NCBI GenBank assembly: GCA_902628235.1
Contig: CACOMD010000003.1
Span: 2,393 to 66,392, forward strand
Direction of reading: 5' to 3'
DNA length: 64,000 bases
DNA from: an uncultured Prochlorococcus sp.
Lineage (GTDB): Bacteria; Cyanobacteriota; Cyanobacteriia; PCC-6307; Cyanobiaceae
Part shown: one piece after another, positions 44,275 to 52,839 of the stretch
How positions within the stretch are numbered: the stretch's first letter is position 1
Layout: every line of letters starts with the position of its first letter
Program-made: the position numbers and the translations under genes
The notes under the pieces: generated by a model
Told to the model about the DNA's origin: nothing
Databases searched by the model: none
The model's input: only the letters and a program-made list of their open reading frames with translations

Positions 44275-45009
44275 ATGAGACCAAGAATAAAAAATATTAT
44301 TGATGGATCAACTTACTCATCTTTATCAGAAGAAGGAAAAAAAGGATTTGAATTTTGTGGAAGATATAGCAAGGATTACATGTTGAGATTCAATAATGAA
44401 TTATCACTTGATGGTAGATTTCCTAAAAAACATAAAGGTGGAGATGAAGCAAAATTAGAAGAAATTGCAGATCCTCTTTTTACTAATGGATTTGGTGATT
44501 TATTGAAAATCACAGGGAAAAAAGATTTAGATGAAATTGATGATGATATTTATTGCAAGATAGAAAATGAAGAATTGAAGATAGGTAATATTGATACCAT
44601 GACTATTCTTTGTGGAGATGTGAAATATAAATCTCTTTCAGAAGAAGAAAAAGAAAAGTGGGAACATGTATTAACTTTTCAGTGGAAAGATATCAGACAA
44701 GCATGTGATTATAAAGATTGCATATGGAATGATTGGTTTAATCCAATGTTTAGATCTTATTCAGATATTGGATATCTAGGTCATGAAGAGTATGATGAAG
44801 AACTTGAAGGGACTTCTACATATATCTACAGAAAGGAAATGAATGATGTTTCTTTTGAAAATAGATTCAAATTCTGGATGGAAATGATATCAACTAAACA
44901 ATCAAGAATTAGAGTATTTGATAAGGGATTAGGGAAAGGAGCATTTTTATTTGAACCATTTTATTTTCATAATGATTTTCTAAACAGGAAAATAAATCAT
45001 ATGAGGTGA
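44275..45009 (+). CDS. Acidic hypothetical protein, paralog A
   Basis: 244-aa ORF; internal repeat YSSLSEEGKKGFE / YKSLSEEEKEKWE. Confidence 0.75.
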   Translation: MRPRIKNIIDGSTYSSLSEEGKKGFEFCGRYSKDYMLRFNNELSLDGRFPKKHKGGDEAKLEEIADPLFTNGFGDLLKITGKKDLDEIDDDIYCKIENEELKIGNIDTMTILCGDVKYKSLSEEEKEKWEHVLTFQWKDIRQACDYKDCIWNDWFNPMFRSYSDIGYLGHEEYDEELEGTSTYIYRKEMNDVSFENRFKFWMEMISTKQSRIRVFDKGLGKGAFLFEPFYFHNDFLNRKINHMR

Positions 45010-45071
45010 AGATTGTTGAAGTCTCATGAAGATTTGACTAAATTAAAATCAATAATTTTTTGATATGAGTT

Positions 45072-45776
45072 ATGGGTGAATATTGTTCAACATTGATAGT
45101 TGGAGATAGTGGTTACTCATCCTTAACTGAAGAAGAAAAAAAAGAGTTTGAGTTGGTTGGTTTGTATGACCAAACATATATTCAAAAAGTGCTTGAAGAT
45201 AATAAACTTGCTACCCCATATGAAGAAAGAAAGGATTGGACAGATAATCCAATAGAAAATTTTGACTTTATTTTTAATCCATCAACAAGAGGTTTTGAAG
45301 ATTTACTCAAGTTATCTGGATTTAAAAATTTAAAAGATGTAAAAACTAACATTTATGTCAAAACTATTGATGGCATAACTTTAGAGGAGTTTCTTATTGA
45401 AGAAACAAAAGGTAAGAAGGCAGGCATTTTATTCATACCTAGTCTGTATGACAAAGATATCCAACTTATTGCTGTGGATACTTATATGAAGAATGCAACA
45501 GAGGAAATGAAAGAACTTTTTACATTCTTAGGGAAAATTAAATATGAGGACATTTGCAAAGATTGCATTATTGAAACAACAGAAGATCAAGAGTTTAAGA
45601 TTGATATGAATAAATGGGAGAGTGATAAAGTTCTTATGAACTATGCTCAACTTGAAAAGATATATGGTGGAGATTTCACAGAGCAAATTACTAGTCTATA
45701 TTCAGCAGATGTGACTGCTGATTCTTTCTCAGAGATATTTGAACTAAGTAAAGAAGAACATTTAATTGCCTGCTAG
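45072..45776 (+). CDS. Acidic hypothetical protein, paralog B
   Basis: 234-aa ORF; YSSLTEEEKKEFE and GFEDLLKLSG align with paralog A. Confidence 0.75.
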   Translation: MGEYCSTLIVGDSGYSSLTEEEKKEFELVGLYDQTYIQKVLEDNKLATPYEERKDWTDNPIENFDFIFNPSTRGFEDLLKLSGFKNLKDVKTNIYVKTIDGITLEEFLIEETKGKKAGILFIPSLYDKDIQLIAVDTYMKNATEEMKELFTFLGKIKYEDICKDCIIETTEDQEFKIDMNKWESDKVLMNYAQLEKIYGGDFTEQITSLYSADVTADSFSEIFELSKEEHLIAC

Positions 45777-45847
45777 AAACTTAATTTTTTTGCATTACCC
45801 AAGAATTAGAAAGTAAGTTCTTTTTTACTTCAACAACAATTATTGAC

Positions 45848-45856
45848 TGTTATAAT
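45848..45856 (+). promoter_or_regulatory. Outward-facing extended -10 promoter candidate
   Basis: TGTTATAAT is a perfect TGnTATAAT, about 100 bp inside the right att, pointing at flv1. Confidence 0.45.
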
Positions 45857-45899
45857 TGAACCTAATTACAGATTTTCTTGGGATTGAAAGTTGGTTGAT

Positions 45900-45921
45900 T
45901 GTAATGACAATATAATGAATA
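45900..45921. repeat. Arm-type repeats, right end of the flv element
   Basis: TGTAATGACAA TATAATGAATA tandem, same orientation as the left-end pair. Confidence 0.7.
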
Positions 45922-46016
45922 TTTGTTTTAGTTCAGTGGGTGACTATAAAGTACCCATGCACTACTAGTAAAATATCGTCTTTATTTGTACATAAATTAA
46001 TTATAAGAAACCCTAA

Positions 46017-47786
46017 ATGAATAACATCAAACAATTTAAGTTAAAAGAAAATCTAGAGTGCATTAGATTTCTAGATAGCAAAAAAGAAAAATTTGAATTG
46101 GAATTTAACCTTGAAAAAGGAACTTCGTATAATACATTCTTTTCTATTGAAGATGATTGTTTAATTATTATTCACCCTCCTGAAACAAATAATTTTGATT
46201 CTTTCCTAAAAATAACAAATACTTATATTGAAGAATTTATTCCAAAAAAAATTAATATTATAACTGGACACATAAACCCAAAAATTGTCGAAACAATAAA
46301 AAAAATTAAAAATTATTTTAATAATTTATGCCTTACAAGCTCTGTCCCTGGGAAAAAACTTATTTGTGAATTATGGGAACAAAAAAAGCCTGGTGACAAA
46401 GATAACCTAAAAGTAAGTTTGCCAGAGATACATGTAATTAAAAAAGAAGTCATACTTGAATTTAGAAATAATATTTTCCAACTAATTCCTGCTCCTACTG
46501 CTAGATGGCCTGGTGGTTTAATAGTCCTTGAAAAGAATGCTGGGTACCTATTCAGTGAAAAATTATTTTCATGTCATATTGCGAGTGAAGACTGGTCCGA
46601 GAATAACCGATTAAGCACAGAATCAGATAGAAAGCATTTCTACAACTGTTTAATGGCTCCTATGTCATCACAGATCACTTCTCTTACTGAAAAAGTATCT
46701 GATTTTGACATTAAATATATTGCTCCACTTCATGGACCTGCAATTGAATATAGTTTGAAAAGTTTTTTAAATGATTATATTCGTTGGGGAGAAAATTTAT
46801 CTATAAATAGACCTAAAGTTGCTTTGATTTATGCTAGTGCATATGGTAATACAGCTTCTATTGGAGATGCCCTAGCTAAGGGTATTACGTCAACTTCTGT
46901 TGAAGTTGAAAGTATCAATTGCGAATTTTCATCAAATGATGATTTGATTCAAACTATTAAACAATCTGATGGATATCTTCTAGGATCGCCTACCTTAGGA
47001 GGCCATGCTCCTACTCCTATAGTCAGTGCTTTAGGAAGTATTTTATCTGAGGGAGATAGAGAAAAGCCCATAGGAATTTTTGGAAGTTTTGGCTGGAGTG
47101 GTGAAGCTATTGACATGCTCGAATCAAAATTAAAAGATGGTGGCTTCACTTTTAGTTTCAATCCTATAAGAGTAAAATTTAGCCCCAACAAACCTAAAAT
47201 CAAAGAGATAGAAGAAATTGGAACTCATTTTGGAAGAAATATTCTTAAAAAATCTAAATACAAAAATAGACGATCTGACACAGGGATGATATCAAGCAAA
47301 ACTAATCCAACGTTTCAAGCTTTAGGAAGAATAGTAGGATCTTTGTGCGTACTCACGGCCTCTAAAGGTGAGGGAGAAAATAATGTTAGAAGTGCCATGT
47401 TGGCTTCTTGGGTCAGCCAAGCCAGCTTTTCTCCTCCTGGCTTAAGTATTTCTGTAGCAAAAGATAGAGCTGTTGAATCTCTTTTGCAGATTGGAGATGT
47501 GTTCGCACTAAATATACTTAGTTCTAATAATTTAAAAGAACCAATGAAAAGATTTGCTAAACCTTTTGCTCCTGGTGAGGATAGGTTTTCAGGGTTAGAA
47601 ACAGAAAAGACACCAAATGGACAAATAATAATTACAGATTCACTTGCATGGCTGGATGCCTCTGTTAAAGAAAGAATGGAGTGTGGAGATCATTGGGTAA
47701 TTTATGCTGAGGTAAACTATGGGAATGTACTTAATAAAGATGATTTAACAGCAGTTCATCATCGTAAAAGTGGATCAAATTATTAA
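46017..47786 (+). CDS. flv1: Flavodiiron protein, non-canonical type (Flv1-like)
   Basis: GTSYN, GHINP in place of HTEPDH, ARWPGG, YASAYGNT, GSPTLGGH, flavin-reductase domain. Confidence 0.88.
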   Translation: MNNIKQFKLKENLECIRFLDSKKEKFELEFNLEKGTSYNTFFSIEDDCLIIIHPPETNNFDSFLKITNTYIEEFIPKKINIITGHINPKIVETIKKIKNYFNNLCLTSSVPGKKLICELWEQKKPGDKDNLKVSLPEIHVIKKEVILEFRNNIFQLIPAPTARWPGGLIVLEKNAGYLFSEKLFSCHIASEDWSENNRLSTESDRKHFYNCLMAPMSSQITSLTEKVSDFDIKYIAPLHGPAIEYSLKSFLNDYIRWGENLSINRPKVALIYASAYGNTASIGDALAKGITSTSVEVESINCEFSSNDDLIQTIKQSDGYLLGSPTLGGHAPTPIVSALGSILSEGDREKPIGIFGSFGWSGEAIDMLESKLKDGGFTFSFNPIRVKFSPNKPKIKEIEEIGTHFGRNILKKSKYKNRRSDTGMISSKTNPTFQALGRIVGSLCVLTASKGEGENNVRSAMLASWVSQASFSPPGLSISVAKDRAVESLLQIGDVFALNILSSNNLKEPMKRFAKPFAPGEDRFSGLETEKTPNGQIIITDSLAWLDASVKERMECGDHWVIYAEVNYGNVLNKDDLTAVHHRKSGSNY

Positions 47787-47803
47787 TTCCTGATTATCCC
47801 AAA

Positions 47804-48334
47804 ATGGCAAGTAAAACTAACTTAATTATTATTTCTTCAAGTAATGGAAAAAATTTAGAACTCTCAAAAAAATTCCTGGAAAAAAGTAAAGAATTAAAAA
47901 TTTCATCGGAAATCCTGGACCTCACAGAACTAAATATACCTTTATATAACCCAAGAATTCATTCTAAAAATGAAATACCTAGTGAAATTATTTCATTGAA
48001 AAATAAATTATTTGAAACAGAAAAATGGATAATTTGTGCACCTGAATACAACGGATCTATCCCTCCGATACTTTCTAACTTTATCGCATGGCTATCTATA
48101 TCAGGTGATGATTTCAGAAATCTTTTTAATGGACAACCAATCGCTATTGCAACTTTTTCAGGAGGTCCAGGTATTGAGTTAATTACATCACTAAGAATTC
48201 AATTAGCTCATTTAGGAAGTCAAGTAGTTGGAAGACATTTATCGTCAAACTATGGTAAACCTGCTGATGAAAATACTATTGAAGATATTATTAAAAGACT
48301 GATGCAAATGAATAGACTCACTCTAGATAAATAA
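47804..48334 (+). CDS. NADPH-dependent FMN reductase
   Basis: APEYNGSIPPIL motif. Confidence 0.88.
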   Translation: MASKTNLIIISSSNGKNLELSKKFLEKSKELKISSEILDLTELNIPLYNPRIHSKNEIPSEIISLKNKLFETEKWIICAPEYNGSIPPILSNFIAWLSISGDDFRNLFNGQPIAIATFSGGPGIELITSLRIQLAHLGSQVVGRHLSSNYGKPADENTIEDIIKRLMQMNRLTLDK

Positions 48335-48336
48335 TT

Positions 48337-50130
48337 TTAATTTTTTATTTTATACCACTCTTCTAAAATTCTTTTAGCCATAGGTAAAGCATGAACAGAT
48401 CCTCCTCCAGGTGTATTTTCTGCAAATGCAACTACTAGTAATTCACTATTTTCTGACGGAGCATAACATACAAACCATGCGTGATCAGCTCCACCCAAAG
48501 CATCTTCAGCTGTACCAGTTTTACCTGAAACTGGAGGTAAATTATAAGATCCATAGTTTATAGATACACCTGTTCCAGACTGAACAACTTTGGACAGACC
48601 ATCTCTTATAACCTTTAAATTTTTAGGATTAATATCTACTTTTATAGGTTCTTGATAATTTAAATTACTCTTACCAATATTCGATAAATAAGGTGTGACT
48701 AAATATCCACCGTTTGCTATAACTGCATATGCTCTAGCTATTTGCATTGGTGTGGTTTGAACAACAAATTGACCAATAGACATGCTCGCAATGTCCTCAG
48801 GAAGCCATGGGGTCGTTCCTGGTTGACCCCAGCCTCTTCCTTCCTTTGCCCATTCACTACTCGCAATCAAACCTCGATCTTCTTGATCTCCAATTTCAAT
48901 ACCTGAAAGTTTAGTAAAACCTAAAATTTTTGAAATTTTATTAATTTCATCTACTCCAACTCCATAACCAATCTGATAAAAAAAAGTATTACTAGATACT
49001 CTTAACGCATCTACATAACCTATAGAACCAAATCCTTCATCATTATGCTCCCGAAAACACTGACTGCCATAAATAATACATGGTGAAGTCTGGAGTTTTG
49101 TATCAGCAGGAAATTTACCACTTTCCATACCCGCCAGAGCAGTTACAATTTTCCAAACGCTACCTGGATCATAAGCATTTAATGCTCTATTAAAAAGTGG
49201 TTTTGAATCAGAGAAAAACAGATTATTATATTCTTTTTCCGGCTTGAAATCCTTAGTGAAGAAATTTAAATCAAAAGTAGGTTTACTAGCAATTGCTCTT
49301 ATGGCGCCGTCCCTTGGATCCATCACTATTACAGCTCCACCTTTTTTATCTTGTAAAACTTCTTCAGAAATTTTTTGCAACGAAAGATCAATAGTCAAAG
49401 TAATATCTTTTCCTGTCCTAGAGGGTTTGATACCTAAAGACTTTTGAACAGTCCCATTAGCATTTACTTCTATCATCTCTCCTCCCCAGCCACCTCTCAA
49501 ATAATTTTCATAAACCGCCTCAATACCTGTTCTTCCAATAAGATCGTTCATCCTATATCCTCTTTTTGACAGTTTTTTAAATTCTGCACTTGTTATTGCT
49601 GAAGTATATCCAAGAGCATGTGCAGCAAGAGTTTTATGAGGATAATCTCGTTTGACTTTTCTTAAGATTTCAATACCAAAAAATTTATCCTCTTTTTCCT
49701 TAAACTTTATTATCTGTTCAACAGATAAATTATTTACTAAATTAACTGAATATTTTTCATTTTTAATACCGTTTTTATACTTCAAATCTAGTTTCTCAAT
49801 CTGAAGATTTAACAAATTAGCAATATCATATTTATATTTCTGCCAGATGGTTTCATTAACGAATTGAGGTTTAATTATTAGAGAATAATTAAGCTTACTG
49901 CTTACAAGTATTTCACCATTCCTATCTAAAATTTTTCCTCTTATAGGTTCTGTCGCTATAAGCCTAATTCTGTTCTGATCAGACATTTTTTTAAAAATTT
50001 CATTATTGATAACTTGTAAAAAAAATAATCTAAAAAAAACTAATAAGAAAGAAAAAGAACTCAAGAGTAAAATAATCAAATATTGATTATTTAGCTGTAC
50101 AAATTTATTATTAAATTTAATATATTTCAA
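48337..50130 (-). CDS. mrdA: Penicillin-binding protein 2
   Basis: RGKILDRNG, PGSVWK (SxxK), SSN, GKTGT. Confidence 0.92.
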   Translation of the reverse strand: MKYIKFNNKFVQLNNQYLIILLLSSFSFLLVFFRLFFLQVINNEIFKKMSDQNRIRLIATEPIRGKILDRNGEILVSSKLNYSLIIKPQFVNETIWQKYKYDIANLLNLQIEKLDLKYKNGIKNEKYSVNLVNNLSVEQIIKFKEKEDKFFGIEILRKVKRDYPHKTLAAHALGYTSAITSAEFKKLSKRGYRMNDLIGRTGIEAVYENYLRGGWGGEMIEVNANGTVQKSLGIKPSRTGKDITLTIDLSLQKISEEVLQDKKGGAVIVMDPRDGAIRAIASKPTFDLNFFTKDFKPEKEYNNLFFSDSKPLFNRALNAYDPGSVWKIVTALAGMESGKFPADTKLQTSPCIIYGSQCFREHNDEGFGSIGYVDALRVSSNTFFYQIGYGVGVDEINKISKILGFTKLSGIEIGDQEDRGLIASSEWAKEGRGWGQPGTTPWLPEDIASMSIGQFVVQTTPMQIARAYAVIANGGYLVTPYLSNIGKSNLNYQEPIKVDINPKNLKVIRDGLSKVVQSGTGVSINYGSYNLPPVSGKTGTAEDALGGADHAWFVCYAPSENSELLVVAFAENTPGGGSVHALPMAKRILEEWYKIKN

Positions 50131-50450
50131 CTTTTATTTTTAAATATCTTTTCAAGCTGAATCATATTTTCTTCAATTGAAGTTAATCTCTTAAACAATT
50201 CATCATATTCAGTATCAACTAAATTTGTATCATTTTCATTTTTAATATCCTTAGAATTTCTTTGAATATTATCCATAACTTTATCCTTTGAAATCTTCTC
50301 AAAAAAATCAGTTAATACTGTTTGTGGATCATTAAGAAAATCATTCAAATTTTCAGCTTTTTTATGATTTGGATCATTGAAGTATTTAGCCAAAATATAA
50401 GATAAATCGTTTTTAAAAGTTTTAGTAAAATTATCAAAAAAGTCAGACAT
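50127..50450 (-). CDS. Hypothetical protein
   Basis: 107-aa ORF with C-terminal coiled coil; stop overlaps the mrdA start. Confidence 0.65.
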   Translation of the reverse strand: MSDFFDNFTKTFKNDLSYILAKYFNDPNHKKAENLNDFLNDPQTVLTDFFEKISKDKVMDNIQRNSKDIKNENDTNLVDTEYDELFKRLTSIEENMIQLEKIFKNKS

Positions 50451-50455
50451 AATTT

Positions 50456-51028
50456 TTATATTTGATTGAAACTTCTACCTTCAAAATAAGGATTGCAGCT
50501 ATTTTTGGATATACCAGCGAACCATCCTATTAGAAACGATATTAATATAATAACAAAAATTGTGAGAATTAATTTTCTCTTTTTTCTTAACAATAACCAT
50601 TTTTGCCAATTATTCAGAAATTTAGCTCTTTCCGATTTACTTTTTTCTTTTGATAATAATTTATTTTTTTTTCTAAAATAGTTTTTTGACCACTTTTCAA
50701 AAGCACTCTTCTTGTAATAAATTAAATTTCTTTCTATTACTAACATTTGTTCAGAATTTAGATTTGGATTAAAAGTCTTTATTAATTCAATAGTTTTTAA
50801 AAATAGTTCGATTGTCATATTTTTCAAAAGCATTTCATTTGTACTAAGAATTTCCCAATTAAGCTCTGGATAAAATTTACTTCTATTTAAATAAATTATT
50901 GATTTAGAAATTTGTCCGGATTCTCTTAGCCATCTCTTAGTTTTTTCATCAATTTTTCTTAAATATAAAAAAGGATTTATATAAATTTTTTTACCATTTA
51001 TCTTAATAATATCCTGCTGTAAACTCAT
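50456..51028 (-). CDS. Hypothetical protein with C-terminal TM helix
   Basis: 190-aa ORF, co-oriented with its neighbours. Confidence 0.65.
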   Translation of the reverse strand: MSLQQDIIKINGKKIYINPFLYLRKIDEKTKRWLRESGQISKSIIYLNRSKFYPELNWEILSTNEMLLKNMTIELFLKTIELIKTFNPNLNSEQMLVIERNLIYYKKSAFEKWSKNYFRKKNKLLSKEKSKSERAKFLNNWQKWLLLRKKRKLILTIFVIILISFLIGWFAGISKNSCNPYFEGRSFNQI

Positions 51029-51121
51029 ACTTCTTTATTTAAATTATGATTATTAAAAGAAAAATTTTTTTATTTATATTTTAACTTTGATTATTTTTTT
51101 TTCTATAAGTTTTTTTATTAT

Positions 51122-51853
51122 TTAAATTTTTAGATTTTTAGATAGATTCCATCGCTTTTTTAAATAATTACAATTTTCGCATTTTTGGGATGGGTTTGGA
51201 AATATATTAGATCTAAGCAGTTCTACTGTATCAATAATTTTTTGGTGAACCCAATCCGTAGAACAATTCAATTTAATAACATAGGTATCAAACTTTAAAG
51301 TATTTTGAAACAATTTCTCATTTTTTTTACCATTAAAATATATTAAATATGCTTCATTTGAAACTTTAAAACCATTCATTTTGAAAAGCCACTGATACAT
51401 TTCTAATTGTCTTTTATAAGACTTTGGATAATCATATTTATTCCAAGAATCAGACCAATTAAAATTATTCCTAGAGGTTGCCTTAATATCTGCAATTATT
51501 AGTTCACCATTACTTTTTTGCCAAACATCATCTATCGCTCCTCCAAAATCATATTGATATTTAGCTGAATGATATCTAATTCCTTTATAATTATTTCTCC
51601 AATTATCAATTTCAATATGCTTAAAAGGAATCGCATCAATATTATTTTTAATAAATATAGGATGCGGTTCTTCTCGTTCTCGATAATAATCAAATTCATT
51701 TTTACATAAATTATCAACGGCTAAATTTAAGGTAAATGGTAATGAAGGGGGATAAATATCATAAATCTTCTCAAGGACACAACATCTGGGACAATTTATA
51801 TATCTTTCTACAGTTGCTCTACTCAATTTTATTAGTTTATTCGTTCTTTTCAT
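51122..51853 (-). CDS. PD-(D/E)XK nuclease, RecB/Cas4-like
   Basis: LSRAT...CPRC, GAIDD, IIADIKAT, QLEMY, C-terminal CENC. Confidence 0.85.
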   Translation of the reverse strand: MKRTNKLIKLSRATVERYINCPRCCVLEKIYDIYPPSLPFTLNLAVDNLCKNEFDYYREREEPHPIFIKNNIDAIPFKHIEIDNWRNNYKGIRYHSAKYQYDFGGAIDDVWQKSNGELIIADIKATSRNNFNWSDSWNKYDYPKSYKRQLEMYQWLFKMNGFKVSNEAYLIYFNGKKNEKLFQNTLKFDTYVIKLNCSTDWVHQKIIDTVELLRSNIFPNPSQKCENCNYLKKRWNLSKNLKI

Positions 51854-51896
51854 GATTTATCCATATTTGAAAACGAATCAGAGAGGCGTTAGATTA

Positions 51897-52070
51897 TTAA
51901 TTTCGAGAATAGTTACTAATGGTTTTTTGTATTTCTAATTGATAAAGATTAGTAATTTGTTTCTGAGTTTTTGAATCTTTGATTTTATTGATTATGAAAA
52001 AAGAAAATAAAATCACAATTAATAATATTATTAGATCTCCGATAGTGAAACCTCTTTCTTTAAAATTCAT
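51897..52070 (-). CDS. 57-aa protein with prepilin-like N-terminus
   Basis: Manual ORF MNFKERG-FTIGDLIILLIVILFSFFII... Confidence 0.6.
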   Translation of the reverse strand: MNFKERGFTIGDLIILLIVILFSFFIINKIKDSKTQKQITNLYQLEIQKTISNYSRN

Positions 52071-52352
52071 TTTAAAAATTTTTTAAATAATACATTAAAT
52101 TTATCTTTTCTCCATCACTAATATAATTAGATGCTACAAATTCGATATGAAATTTATGAATTGTAAACATTATTTGTAATGCGAAAGAAATTATAAAAAT
52201 TATGTAAAAGAAGATAATAAAAGATTAAGTTACATTAATTAAAAATAAGTAAAAATCATATATGTAAATAAATTGAAGAAGCTATTTTTTAAAATTTAAA
52301 AGTCAAAAACAAAAAGATTTGAGGAATAAATTTAAGCTAGTAAAATAAACTC

Positions 52353-52508
52353 CTAATTATTTCCAACTTTAACTGGTTCAAGGTTATAGATATATGTTCC
52401 CTTACCTCCATCATTATCACCGTCATCATCATCGCTGAAGGAATTAATTAGAACGAACACACCACCCAAACCAAGAATCATTGAAATAAAAAGAATTGGA
52501 TCAGTCAT
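52353..52508 (-). CDS. 51-aa single-TM protein with poly-Asp/Gly tail
   Basis: Manual ORF MTDPILFISMILGLGGVFVLINSFSDDDDGDNDGGKGTYIYNLEPVKVGNN*. Confidence 0.7.
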   Translation of the reverse strand: MTDPILFISMILGLGGVFVLINSFSDDDDGDNDGGKGTYIYNLEPVKVGNN

Positions 52509-52784
52509 AAACTTATAATGAATCATTCAATTAAAAACTGAGGGGCAATAAATATATCTATATGAAGTCTTAATTATTTCATAATTTTTGGAAGATTTTA
52601 TCTTTCCAATCAATAGAACTAACAAATTATTTTAAGCTTAAAAGCCATATCTATATCATTAAATTTATACAAGCGAATTTTACATCACTCCCACTCTATA
52701 GTACCGAGAAATAAGGCAGTCATAAACGTAGTGATGCCAACATGTTTGAACCCTTAATAACACACATTTTCCTGAGGGGAACCT

Positions 52785-52801
52785 GAGGGAAACCTCTTTT
52801 T
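52785..52801 (+). terminator. Intrinsic terminator candidate
   Basis: GAGG-GGAA-CCTC followed by a T run; part of a tandem CCTGAGGGGAA duplication. Confidence 0.5.
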
Positions 52802-52839
52802 AGGCAGTTTGTATTTAACAAAAACTCAAAATTAATTAC

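Larger units (their letters stand above)
39998..45968. mobile_element. Tyrosine-integrase integrative element (~5.96 kb), CG-dinucleotide-free, inserted at the 3' end of flv3
   Basis: CACTACTAG direct repeats at 39998-40006 and 45960-45968; integrase next to the left end; tandem 11-bp arm-like repeats at both ends; separates flv3 from flv1; compositional boundary coincides with the repeats. Confidence 0.92.

Noticed and set aside
40007-45959. Prophage or capsid-encoding satellite
   Set aside because: No recognisable capsid, portal, large terminase, primase or helicase; only a short GRPKG motif hints at a phage link.
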